A stretch of DNA of 64,000 nt, from the NCBI GenBank assembly GCA_963714425.1, contig CAVQOI010000001.1, positions 286,938 to 350,937 of the forward strand, read 5' to 3'. Positions 28,652 to 38,097 of the stretch are shown piece after piece (position 1 is the first letter of the stretch; each line of letters opens with the position of its first letter). The notes below the pieces were generated by a model that made no database searches, was not told the DNA's origin, and worked only from the letters and a program-made list of their open reading frames with translations. The stretch comes from an uncultured Chloroflexia bacterium. GTDB taxonomy: Bacteria > Chloroflexota > Anaerolineae > Anaerolineales > UBA4823. A program made the position numbers and the translations under genes.

Positions 28652-31072
28652 TTAGCGGTGATGTGCCGTCCAGGCTAAACCCAGCAGCGGGAAGAGCGCC
28701 AGGGGGAGCAGGCTGCTGGCGCACGGCAACCCACCCGGTGCGGTCTGCGTCTCCTCTGGGATTTGGGTGGGAGCCGGGAGCTGGTCTGGCTCGAGTGTCG
28801 CGGAGGCGGGCTCCAGCGTGGGCAGCGCTGGGGGGATTTCTACGGGGGCGACGTTTGCCTGCGCTTCGACCACCTCGTAAACCACGCCATCTGCAAGGGC
28901 GATGACCTGCTTCCCCAGGGCGAAAGCTGCCGCTAGCTCAGAGCGAGAGGCGACTAGGGCAAAGTAATCATCGGATAGAAAAGCCACTTTCACAGTTTGC
29001 ATGCGCTCGGGATCGAAAGCGGTGTCTACCCAGGCACCGTCCGAAAAGACGAACACACGCGAGCCGACGATGCGCACCGTCTGGCTGGCTTCTTCACCAG
29101 GGGGAACCGCCGACTGGGCGTCAGCCATGCCACCCATCCCGGAGGCTTTCTCCACGGCGTCCTGCCCACTGGCTGGCGCAGCCGGCATCGCTTGCATCTG
29201 GCTGAACTGCTCACGGGCAATGCGCTCCTGTTCGGCGGCACCCAGGGGCATCTCTTCGGTCACCAGGTAAGACGTATATGGGGTGACGATGCCATAGCGG
29301 ATGCTCAGGCGCACGATCTGGTCGATGGTCTCCTCGTCTGGGCCATGCAGTCGCACCTGGTTGAGCAAGTGCCCAATCTTGCGTGTAGCCCAAAGACGAG
29401 ATAAAGGCGAATCAAGGCTTGATTGCAGCGTGTCGTTATCGTCTACGAAGCGCTGGCGTGGGAAGCGGAAGTTCTGCGTGCGCCCATCTAACGAGCCGCG
29501 CAAGGTAATCGTTGTCTCACCACCTTGTCGGTAGCGCCCCACGACGACGATCTGGGTTCCGGAGAACAGGTCAGGCAGGGGATCAGGGTACACGTCGTGC
29601 ACTCGCACGTCACCGAAGTCTAACTGAAGGTCGGTGAGCACAGGCGTACTGATCTTGGCGTAGAACGCCGAGACGGCTTCATCCAGCCGCTCGCCAGGCG
29701 ACACATACGAGCTCGTGCCGTGATGGGCTTGGGCCAGCGAATCGAGCAGGATGGTATCCACATCGTATCCCACACCGAAGGAGAACAGGCGCAAGTTCTT
29801 GCTGGCAGACCTGGCGAAATTGTCAAGGATATCCTGGCTATCGACAATACCCTCTGTCGGCAATCCATCCGTCAAGAAGATCAGGTAGGTAGGGCGTTCA
29901 CTTTCTGCAATGGCAGCGGCTTCCAGCAAAGCGCGGTTGATGTCAGTGCTGCCCTGGGCAGACTGGCGGTCTACCCAGGCGAGGGCTTCGCTAGCCTCGT
30001 CGGCAGAGCGCAGCGTACGGGCGTAGGTATCCATGCCAGTGCTGAACACAATGATATTGAAGCGGTCTTCAGGGTTGAGATGGCGTAGGATATAGCGTAG
30101 CGCCTCCTGCGCCTGCAGGAACTTCTCACCCTCCATGCTGCCGGAACGATCCAGCACCAGGATCACGTCCTTGGGCAGGGTTTGGGCAGCCGCATCTGGG
30201 CGGGGTGCAAGCAAGAGCAGGAAGAAACCATCTGCGTCCGATGGGTCGTCGGGATCGCGGTAGGAAAACAGGTGGAAAGCTTCATCCTCTCCCAGTGAGT
30301 AGTAGAACGTGAAGTCGCTGTCAGGCAGCAGGTTGGATGCTTCGTATCCGGCGATCACGTGGCGCTCATCCACATGGCGCAAGTCGATGTCGTGGCTGGG
30401 CGAATAAGCGGCGCGCACCGGCGATTGTGACGAACGAACGTCAACATGAATGCGCACCTCTTCGAGAGGCCACAGCGAGAATTTCTCCGTGCTCAGCGGG
30501 TAGGTATAACGCACCAGCCCATTCTCAGCAGTCAGTGCCTGGACGTATTCCAGCTCAATACGGCGCTCTCCCCTGGGCGGGATGGGGAAGATGCGTGCCT
30601 GCACCGCCCCACGCCCGACATACTCCAAGAGAGCGGGGTCGTTCATGCTGCGCACAATCTCTTCGTAGGTCTGCCTCGCCTGCTCGGCGTCCAGTACCTG
30701 TCCCTTCACTGGCTCGCCATCAATCCACAGGGTAAATGAAGAGATAGCGGCATCCACCGGGATGGGGAAGATGTAGGTGCCCTCTACCTGCCACTCATTC
30801 GGGTTATAGAAGGTCTGGTCTACGTGGGTTACGGCGAGCTGGTCCTGGATGGTCACATCGACTTTGTGGTAGCGAATCGCCAGTTGTACGATGGGTCGTC
30901 TGGGCGGGCAGGGGAACATATCCAGGCAGGGTGGAGGCGGGCATTCGCCCTCGATGCAGATAGGCCAGTCGGGGACGATGATGCCATCCGCGCGGGCTGG
31001 TGTAGGCAGGGCTGCCAGGCATGCGACCAGGACCAATATAAATGTGAGTTGTGTCTTCAAGATTGTGCTCAT
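28652..31072 (-). CDS. secreted VIT + von Willebrand factor A domain protein with C-terminal hydrophobic anchor
   Basis: ATG 31072 follows GGAG. Signal peptide ends ...LPTPARADG. VIT-like N-terminal domain. VWA MIDAS motif VILVLDRSGSMEG. The C-terminus LLPLALFPLLGLAWTAHHR is hydrophobic with a basic tail. Confidence 0.85.
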   Translation of the reverse strand: MSTILKTQLTFILVLVACLAALPTPARADGIIVPDWPICIEGECPPPPCLDMFPCPPRRPIVQLAIRYHKVDVTIQDQLAVTHVDQTFYNPNEWQVEGTYIFPIPVDAAISSFTLWIDGEPVKGQVLDAEQARQTYEEIVRSMNDPALLEYVGRGAVQARIFPIPPRGERRIELEYVQALTAENGLVRYTYPLSTEKFSLWPLEEVRIHVDVRSSQSPVRAAYSPSHDIDLRHVDERHVIAGYEASNLLPDSDFTFYYSLGEDEAFHLFSYRDPDDPSDADGFFLLLLAPRPDAAAQTLPKDVILVLDRSGSMEGEKFLQAQEALRYILRHLNPEDRFNIIVFSTGMDTYARTLRSADEASEALAWVDRQSAQGSTDINRALLEAAAIAESERPTYLIFLTDGLPTEGIVDSQDILDNFARSASKNLRLFSFGVGYDVDTILLDSLAQAHHGTSSYVSPGERLDEAVSAFYAKISTPVLTDLQLDFGDVRVHDVYPDPLPDLFSGTQIVVVGRYRQGGETTITLRGSLDGRTQNFRFPRQRFVDDNDTLQSSLDSPLSRLWATRKIGHLLNQVRLHGPDEETIDQIVRLSIRYGIVTPYTSYLVTEEMPLGAAEQERIAREQFSQMQAMPAAPASGQDAVEKASGMGGMADAQSAVPPGEEASQTVRIVGSRVFVFSDGAWVDTAFDPERMQTVKVAFLSDDYFALVASRSELAAAFALGKQVIALADGVVYEVVEAQANVAPVEIPPALPTLEPASATLEPDQLPAPTQIPEETQTAPGGLPCASSLLPLALFPLLGLAWTAHHR

Positions 31073-31226
31073 GAGAAGCTCCGGGTGCGGTGTAACCATT
31101 CAAGTGATGTTTTGTATGCATTAGACGGAGCGAAGAGCAAAATTGTTCCGGTGGTATAATCCACATTCGCGACGTCTGGATCAATTGAGCTAGACAATCT
31201 ATCTTTGAGAATTGGCATGGAACTGT

Positions 31227-32297
31227 ATGCTTGAAAAATTGGCAGGTATTGAAGAACGATATCACGAGCTGAATAAAATGCTCAACGAGGTGGGTGATGA
31301 CTACCAACGCGCCGCCGAGCTGAACAAAGAACGCATCGATCTGGAACCTCTGGTGGGTAAAGCAAGCCAATACCGGCAGGCGAAGACCCGTCTAGACGAG
31401 GCACACACCCTACTTGATTCAGAGGACGGTGAGGACGCTGATTTACGCTTTCTGGCTGAAGCTGAGATCGCCGACCTGCTGCCGCTCATTGAGCGCCTGG
31501 AGGAGGAGATCAAGTCGATGTTATTACCCACCGACCCACGCGACAAACGAAATGTGATCATGGAGATCCGCGCGGGCACAGGTGGGGACGAGGCGGCAAT
31601 GTTCGCCGCTGATCTCTTCCGCATGTACAACCGCTACGCTGAGCGCCAGCGCTGGGATATCGAGATGCTCTCCGCTAATGAGATTGGTATTGGGGGGTTC
31701 AAGGAGGTCATTTTCCTGGTAAAAGGGCGCGGCGCGTACTCCCGTCTAAAATACGAGTCTGGTGTGCACCGTGTGCAGCGAATCCCAGTCACCGAATCGT
31801 CGGGACGCATCCATACGTCCACCTCCACCGTGGCGGTGCTGGCGGAGGTGGATGATGTCGAGGTCGAAATCCCTGAGAACGATATTCGCATGGATGTTTA
31901 CAAGTCTGCCGGAGCTGGCGGTCAGAATGTCCAGAAGAATGCCACTGCCGTGCGAATCACCCATATCCCCACCGGCATCGTGGTGGCATGCCAGGACGAG
32001 CGCTCGCAATTACAAAATCGAATGCGAGCAATGAGCATCCTGCGCGCCCGCCTGTACGAGATTGAGGAGGAGAAGCGGCGCCTGGAGGTGGATGAAGACC
32101 GACGGTCGCAGGTAGGCAGCGGTGAACGTGCTGAGAAGATCCGCACTTATAACTACCCGCAATCGCGGGTGACCGACCACCGTATTAATGTATCCAGCCA
32201 CAACCTGCCGGTGGTGATGGATGGCGATATCGATGAGTTTATAGACGAGCTTGCGACACGTGACGAAGCTGCCCGTTTGTCAGCAGTGACCGAGTAG
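31227..32297 (+). CDS. prfA: peptide chain release factor 1
   Basis: The PVT tripeptide (RIPVTESSGRIHTS) is specific to RF1. GGQ motif in SAGAGGQNVQK. Confidence 0.95.
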   Translation: MLEKLAGIEERYHELNKMLNEVGDDYQRAAELNKERIDLEPLVGKASQYRQAKTRLDEAHTLLDSEDGEDADLRFLAEAEIADLLPLIERLEEEIKSMLLPTDPRDKRNVIMEIRAGTGGDEAAMFAADLFRMYNRYAERQRWDIEMLSANEIGIGGFKEVIFLVKGRGAYSRLKYESGVHRVQRIPVTESSGRIHTSTSTVAVLAEVDDVEVEIPENDIRMDVYKSAGAGGQNVQKNATAVRITHIPTGIVVACQDERSQLQNRMRAMSILRARLYEIEEEKRRLEVDEDRRSQVGSGERAEKIRTYNYPQSRVTDHRINVSSHNLPVVMDGDIDEFIDELATRDEAARLSAVTE

Positions 32298-32349
32298 ATT
32301 ATTGTGTCTCGATTTATCGAGACCTAGATACCAGGCGGATTGCCTCTCA

Positions 32350-33243
32350 ATGCGGGTTGCCGAATCCCTCCAGATGATTGTCTCCCAGCTCCAAAAGCAG
32401 AGTGACAGCGCCAGGCTGGATGCACAGGTGCTGGTGGCACACATCCTAGAAAAATCACGCGCCTGGGTCCTGGCGCATCCTGAAATCGAGATCAGCCAGA
32501 CGCATGAACAGGCGCTACGGGATTCATTGAGTCGATTATCGGCAGGGGAGCCGCTACCTTATGTGATCGGTCACTGGGAGTTCTACGGGCTGGACTTCGA
32601 ATTGAGCCACGGTACCCTCATTCCCCGTCCTGAGACCGAATTAATTGTCGAACATGCGCTCGATTGGCTGCGCCTGCACCCTGGGCAGCGCCGGGTGGCA
32701 GATATCGGCACAGGGAGCGGGTGCATCGCCATTACACTGGCTGTACACAATGCTGACCTTTCTGTGCAGGCAAGCGATCTATCGCTTGCTGCCCTGGAAA
32801 TTGCCCAAGCAAACGCAGTCAAACACAATGTGGAAGACCAAATCCAGTTCTTCTGCGCTGACTTATTGGACTTCCGGTGGGAAAATACCGGCAGCCAACT
32901 TGCAGGTAGCCTAACCCCTCCGGACGATCAATCCATTGACTTGATAACTGCCAACTTACCGTATATTCCTTCAGATCGGTTGCAGAGCCTGGCAGTTGCT
33001 CGCCACGAGCCACAAGCAGCACTGGATGGCGGTGCTGATGGGCTAGACATCATCCACCGTCTGCTCCATCAAGCGCCTCGGGCGCTTGCGCCAGGCGGGT
33101 TGATGCTTGTGGAGGTTGACGCATCCCATGCAGATGTTGCCCGCGGGTTAGCCCAGGCTGCTTTTCCGCAAGGACAGGTCAAGCTTGTGGCGGATCTGGC
33201 CGGTCTGGGCAAACTCGTGAGAATTCAACTCCCAGAAAGTTAA
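32350..33243 (+). CDS. prmC: release-factor glutamine N5-methyltransferase
   Basis: Immediately downstream of prfA. SAM motif DIGTGSGCIA and the NPPY-type motif NLPYIP. Confidence 0.9.
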   Translation: MRVAESLQMIVSQLQKQSDSARLDAQVLVAHILEKSRAWVLAHPEIEISQTHEQALRDSLSRLSAGEPLPYVIGHWEFYGLDFELSHGTLIPRPETELIVEHALDWLRLHPGQRRVADIGTGSGCIAITLAVHNADLSVQASDLSLAALEIAQANAVKHNVEDQIQFFCADLLDFRWENTGSQLAGSLTPPDDQSIDLITANLPYIPSDRLQSLAVARHEPQAALDGGADGLDIIHRLLHQAPRALAPGGLMLVEVDASHADVARGLAQAAFPQGQVKLVADLAGLGKLVRIQLPES

Positions 33244-33258
33244 CCCTCCCCCAATATT

Positions 33259-33297
33259 AGAGGTCAATTAAGATATCGCCATCTGGGACCTCTTTTT
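33259..33297 (+). terminator. weak stem-loop plus T-run after prmC
   Basis: AGAGGTC (33259-33265) pairs with GACCTCT (33287-33293), followed by TTTT. The 21-nt loop is large. Confidence 0.35.
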
Positions 33298-33439
33298 AAT
33301 CCAATACCAATCAACTTTCATAATATTAGTTATCATTTGAGGGTTCGGGATTGTAATATGGCGGCGCCTGACGGGACACCAACTCCCCGACAGGCAACAT
33401 GTACTCAGTGCAAACAGCGCTAACCTATTGAGAGGAATA

Positions 33440-34192
33440 ATGCGAACAATTAATATTTTTTTGTTATTCGGCGGGTTGTTGCTCACTGCATGCAGCGGTG
33501 TTTCATCTTCGCCCACTGCGGAAGCTATTCAACCCCCGAAGATCGATGCGACCGTAACGAAAGTAGCTACCTCTACCGTACTCCCTTCCCCAATGGGGGT
33601 CGCTTCCACGGAATTACCAGCCACGAATTCCTCTCCTGCAGTTCTGCCTGCCGGAGGGGTGGCGTATAAGATCGTCCCTGGAGAATCGAAACTGCAGTAC
33701 GAGGTAGGTGAAGTCTTTCTCAACGACAATAACCGTTATAATCTGGCACTTGGCGTGACTCCCGCCGTGAACGGTGAGATCCGGGTCGATGCGGCAGCTC
33801 CGCAAAACACCCAGATCGATGTGATTACAGCGGATATCAGCCAGTTCCAGTCGGACAGCTCACGCCGGGATAATGCCATCCGGGGTCGCTTCCTGGAATC
33901 GTCTCAATATCCGACGGTTACTTTCGTTACTACTCAAATTGAGGGGTTGCCTGAAACCTACACACAGGGTCAGGAGGTTCCCTTGAAAATCAGCGGAGAT
34001 CTGACCATCCGACAGGTTACGCGACCAGTGACATTTGATGCCACGACGCGGCTCGAAGGGGATACTTTATATGGTAGTGCCACCACGACTATCCTGATGA
34101 GCGAATTTGGCTTCGGCCCGATCAGCATACTGGGTGTGCTGAATACTGAGGATGAAGCTAAGGTGACGCTCACGCTTGTCGCGCGTCGATAA
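33440..34192 (+). CDS. YceI-like lipoprotein (polyisoprenoid/lipid-binding fold)
   Basis: ATG 33440 follows GAGAGGA. Lipobox LTAC. The YceI-like C-terminal barrel shows ...VTFDATTRLEGDTLYGSATTTILMSEFGF. Confidence 0.8.
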   Translation: MRTINIFLLFGGLLLTACSGVSSSPTAEAIQPPKIDATVTKVATSTVLPSPMGVASTELPATNSSPAVLPAGGVAYKIVPGESKLQYEVGEVFLNDNNRYNLALGVTPAVNGEIRVDAAAPQNTQIDVITADISQFQSDSSRRDNAIRGRFLESSQYPTVTFVTTQIEGLPETYTQGQEVPLKISGDLTIRQVTRPVTFDATTRLEGDTLYGSATTTILMSEFGFGPISILGVLNTEDEAKVTLTLVARR

Positions 34193-34268
34193 AATAATCC
34201 GTTTTCCCTACCCCTTTTGACGAAGGGGAGCGCAATTCAGTCATTAAACAGCTGGAGAGGGGGTAAAA

Positions 34269-35069
34269 TTGTCATCGCCGATGTTCCTTTACTTCTCCAA
34301 GCTCTTACCTCTGCTTGTGTACCCGGTCAGTCTGGCATGCATCCTGATCCTGATGGGTCTGGTCGTGCGAGGCAGGGGCTGGCAGAAAGCCACCCTTTCA
34401 CTGGCGTTCGGAGTTCTCTTCATCACTGGGAATCATTGGGTGTCGCTAGGAGTAGCCCAAATCCTCGAATGGCGCTATCTGCCACCCCAACCAGGTGTGC
34501 AGGCGGAAGCAATTATCATCCTGGCTGGAGACATGCGGGAGAGGGATACCCCACGCGTAATCCCCGAGGTCGGCGAAGCAGGCGATCGAATAATCTATGC
34601 TGCACACCTCTACAACCAAGGAGCCGCCCCAGTAATCATCCACAGTGGCGGCAATATTGAGTGGCTGGCTGCCATCCAGGAATCTCAGGAGGGTCCGGCA
34701 TACATCCTGGAAGCGTTAGGTGTACCTGCAAATGTGTTGAAGTTTGAGACAAACTCACGCAACACCTATGAGAGTGCTGTCGCCTGCGCAGAGCTCCTCC
34801 AAGAACTTGGATTGAAGAGCGTATTGCTCGTGACGTCCGCAGCGCACATGCCGCGTTCAGTCGGGGTATTCGAGCGACAAGGCATTGAGGTCATTCCAGC
34901 ACCGGTCGACTATACGGTGACACGAGCTGATTGGCAGCAGTTCAAAAAGGCTTCACTGGGAACGCATTTAATCTATCTGATCCCATCGTCGAATAACCTG
35001 GAGATCACCACGCGCATGCTGAAAGAATATCTGGGCTTACTCGTTTACAAACTGCGCGGTTGGTTGTAA
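34269..35069 (+). CDS. YdcF/ElyC (DUF218) family membrane-anchored protein
   Basis: N-terminal TM segments, then the DUF218 pattern IIILAGD...HSGGN...LLVTSAAHMPRS. The start is ambiguous (TTG 34269 or ATG 34281). Confidence 0.75.
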   Translation: MSSPMFLYFSKLLPLLVYPVSLACILILMGLVVRGRGWQKATLSLAFGVLFITGNHWVSLGVAQILEWRYLPPQPGVQAEAIIILAGDMRERDTPRVIPEVGEAGDRIIYAAHLYNQGAAPVIIHSGGNIEWLAAIQESQEGPAYILEALGVPANVLKFETNSRNTYESAVACAELLQELGLKSVLLVTSAAHMPRSVGVFERQGIEVIPAPVDYTVTRADWQQFKKASLGTHLIYLIPSSNNLEITTRMLKEYLGLLVYKLRGWL

Positions 35070-35079
35070 GATATATGCA

Positions 35080-36306
35080 ATGACAAATCCACTCAAAGGT
35101 AAAAACATCCTCCTGGGCGTCACTGGATCGATCGCCTGCTACAAGGCAGCTGACCTGGCCTCTCGGTTGGCGCAATCGGGAGCGAACGTCGATGTAATCC
35201 TCACCCAGGCTGCGACCCAGTTTATCACGTCGTTGACTTTCAAGTCCGTCACGGGTGGCGGTGCTTATGTAGACGGCGACCTGTGGGGAAGTGAAGGGCA
35301 CGTACTGCATATCAGCCTGGGACAGAAGGCAGATTTGGTAGTAATTGCCCCCGCCTCGGCTAACACCATTGCCCGGCTGGCGCATGGTCTGGCTGATAAC
35401 CTGTTGGCTGTCACAGCGTTGGCAGCCAAATGCCCGCTGCTGGTTGCCCCAGCTATGGATGGGGGCATGTACGCCCATCCAGCCACCCAGGCTAATCTGG
35501 AAATTCTGCGAGAGCGTGGAGCTCACATTGCTGGACCCGGCGAGGGACACCTGGCATCTGGACTGGTGGGACCTGGGCGAATGCTCGAGCCAGCAGAGCT
35601 TGTGGGACACATGCGTCTGGTGTTAGGAGCAGATGGACCATTACGGGGGCGCCGTGTGGTCGTGACTGCTGGCGGTACACAAGAGCCCGTGGACCCTGTG
35701 CGAATGATCACCAACCGCTCTTCAGGAAAGCAGGGATTCGCTCTAGCTCAGGCTGCCGTTGACCTGGGGGCAGAAGTCACGCTGATTACAGCGCCCGTTG
35801 AGCTGCTCACACCAGTAGGGGCGCGCCGCGTGGAAGTAGGCTCTGCCCAGGAAATGCTTAATGCTGTGATGCAGGCGGTGACGAACAGCGACGTGTTGCT
35901 GATGGCGGCAGCAGTGGCTGATTTCCGTCCTGCTGAGCCCAAGGAGCACAAGATAAAGAAAGATGGAGGTACCCCCCAAATCCACCTTGAGAGTACACCA
36001 GACATCCTGAGAGAAGTATCACGCTATAAAGCAGAGCATGGCTGCCCATATGTCACAGTCGGCTTTGCTGCCGAGAGCCGAGATCTCCTGGAGAACGCGA
36101 CGATAAAACTTCGGAATAAAAACTTAGATTGGATTGTTGCGAACGACATCAGCGCCACGGATGCGGGATTCGCCGTGGATACCAACCGGGTCACTTTGAT
36201 GGCAGCGAATGGGGAGGTGGAGGCGTTACCCTTAATGAGCAAAGACGAGGTTGCAGAAGTGGTGATGGAAAGGGTCATGAAGTTATTAAGCGATAGAAGC
36301 TTGTAG
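35080..36306 (+). CDS. coaBC: bifunctional phosphopantothenoylcysteine decarboxylase / phosphopantothenate--cysteine ligase
   Basis: N-terminal flavoprotein domain (ILLGVTGSIACYKA...PAMD) and a C-terminal CoaB domain (ITNRSSGKQG...AAVADFRP). Confidence 0.94.
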   Translation: MTNPLKGKNILLGVTGSIACYKAADLASRLAQSGANVDVILTQAATQFITSLTFKSVTGGGAYVDGDLWGSEGHVLHISLGQKADLVVIAPASANTIARLAHGLADNLLAVTALAAKCPLLVAPAMDGGMYAHPATQANLEILRERGAHIAGPGEGHLASGLVGPGRMLEPAELVGHMRLVLGADGPLRGRRVVVTAGGTQEPVDPVRMITNRSSGKQGFALAQAAVDLGAEVTLITAPVELLTPVGARRVEVGSAQEMLNAVMQAVTNSDVLLMAAAVADFRPAEPKEHKIKKDGGTPQIHLESTPDILREVSRYKAEHGCPYVTVGFAAESRDLLENATIKLRNKNLDWIVANDISATDAGFAVDTNRVTLMAANGEVEALPLMSKDEVAEVVMERVMKLLSDRSL

Positions 36307-36326
36307 ATTGGAATTAGGAGTGCTGG

Positions 36327-36704
36327 GTGTGGAGTGAGGGGACCGAGAACTCAAAACCAAAAGAAGGCGGACAAATCATCCATATCTGTAGTCGGCAGGC
36401 GTGGAGAGGAGCACAGAAGACCGGGGAGTATCGTGCTGCCTCGCTAGAGATGGAGGGATTCATCCATTGCTCAAACCCTGAGCAGGTGCTGGAAGTGGCA
36501 AATCGATATTATCGTGGGGTACCCGATCTCGTGCTCTTATGGATCGAACCTGGTAGTGTAACAGCCCCAGTCCGCTGGGAGAATAATGAAGGCAGTGAGA
36601 AGTACCCACATATCTATGGGGGGATCAATATGGATGCAGTCCGGGCAGTAACGGATTTCTTTCCAAACTCAGACGGGATTTTCATAAATTTACCCCAGGT
36701 TTAA
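36327..36704 (+). CDS. DUF952 domain protein
   Basis: IIHICSRQAW...GFIHCSNPEQV...YPHIYGGIN is the DUF952 pattern. The GTG start follows AGGAG. Confidence 0.75.
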   Translation: MWSEGTENSKPKEGGQIIHICSRQAWRGAQKTGEYRAASLEMEGFIHCSNPEQVLEVANRYYRGVPDLVLLWIEPGSVTAPVRWENNEGSEKYPHIYGGINMDAVRAVTDFFPNSDGIFINLPQV

Positions 36705-36790
36705 TTTGGCTTTGAGGGAAAAGCCATTTCGCTCTTTTACTCTTTGAGCGCAGTTGGATATCAATGCTGAGAAATATTGTGTGAGGGAAA

Positions 36791-38017
36791 ATGAAAAAGT
36801 CTGAGATATTTCTCTTGGTCAGCATCTGGGCGATTGTCATGCTGGCTGCCTGCAAGGCGGAGACAAAACCAGGATCCCTCCCCACTGCTACCCAACACCA
36901 GTTGCCTTCTCCTTTCGTTCAGCTCACAAGCACCCAGGTGCCTCCTGAAACTGCCACAAATCAAGCAACGATGGCGCCTATCATAGCTGAGGTGACGCAC
37001 GCAGCGGACCCATTCGTCCTGGGGCAAGCCGGGCCGTACTTTCCAGGGAAACGCTATTACGACCTAGAAGGATTCAAGCGTACCGGTGTGCAGGTTGACT
37101 TTACCGTTTGGTACCCATCGGTAAAGCCGGAGGGATTTACAGGACCTGTTGTGAGAGAAGGGCAGACGGATAGAAGCGGGGAACCCTATCCCCTGATCGT
37201 CATGTCCGCAGTGATGGGCGATGTTATGGCTCCTCATCTGGTGAGCTATGGTTTTGTCGTCGCAGGAGCCGGCTCCCAAGGTCCCAGCAGAAAGTGGGCA
37301 AACTTTGTAATCGATTACCCGCGGGAGATCTTGGCGATGCTGAACCAGATTGCAGCGAAACCACCGGAGGGGCTGGAAGGCATGATCGACAGCCAACATG
37401 TAGGAGCAATGGGATACTCATTCGATGGACTAAACTCACTATTTTTAAGTGGGGCGCGCGTTGACCCATCATTCTACGCGCAGAAATGCGCGCAAGGATC
37501 TGAAACGGGATCATCACCCTCTGAGACGGCCGAACTTGAGATGAGCTACCAATATTTCTGTGCGCTAGAAGCTGACTGGGATGGGTTCGCAGCTAACGCG
37601 GGCGAAGCAATTACATCTAATGAAGATGGCTTATGGCAACCCATAACCGATGATCGTATCCTGGCAGTCATGCCGATGGCGCCCGAAGGCGTATGGCTTT
37701 TTGGGGAGGGCGGGCTTGCGGCGGTTAACCGACCGGTGCTCATGATCTGCGGGACGCAGGATGACAGAGAAACTGATTATCAGAAGGAATGCGCTTACAT
37801 CTTCGAGCACCTGGGCGCACCAGAGAAGGGATTGATCTCTTTTATTGATCAGGAGCATGGGATGGTTTTCGATGAGGAGCCTCAGCGGCGAATGAGGCAT
37901 TTTATCACGGCGTTTTTCGGCAACCATCTGCAAGGACGAGAGGAGTATGCTCAATATTTCTCCTCGCAATTCGTCCAGGCACAGGAAGGTCTTGCGTGGG
38001 GAGTTTATGAGAAGTAG
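36791..38017 (+). CDS. alpha/beta hydrolase-fold lipoprotein (PAF-acetylhydrolase / dienelactone-hydrolase-like)
   Basis: Lipobox LAAC. The elbow-like motif is GYSFDG (37412-37429). A downstream ...CGTQDD...DQEHG pattern is consistent with the Asp/His of a catalytic triad. Confidence 0.65.
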   Translation: MKKSEIFLLVSIWAIVMLAACKAETKPGSLPTATQHQLPSPFVQLTSTQVPPETATNQATMAPIIAEVTHAADPFVLGQAGPYFPGKRYYDLEGFKRTGVQVDFTVWYPSVKPEGFTGPVVREGQTDRSGEPYPLIVMSAVMGDVMAPHLVSYGFVVAGAGSQGPSRKWANFVIDYPREILAMLNQIAAKPPEGLEGMIDSQHVGAMGYSFDGLNSLFLSGARVDPSFYAQKCAQGSETGSSPSETAELEMSYQYFCALEADWDGFAANAGEAITSNEDGLWQPITDDRILAVMPMAPEGVWLFGEGGLAAVNRPVLMICGTQDDRETDYQKECAYIFEHLGAPEKGLISFIDQEHGMVFDEEPQRRMRHFITAFFGNHLQGREEYAQYFSSQFVQAQEGLAWGVYEK

Positions 38018-38097
38018 GCTCGTTACTTGATGGAAGCAGGCAAAATACAAATAGATGATATCCTTGAGGGCTGTTGGCGAAATATCGTCAGTCCTGC

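Noticed and set aside
28356-28724. 122-aa minus-strand ORF bridging the pseudogene tail and the VIT/VWA gene end
   Set aside because: It runs antisense through a terminator hairpin and into the 3' end of the VIT/VWA gene. The Pro/Gly/Arg-rich translation has no start context.
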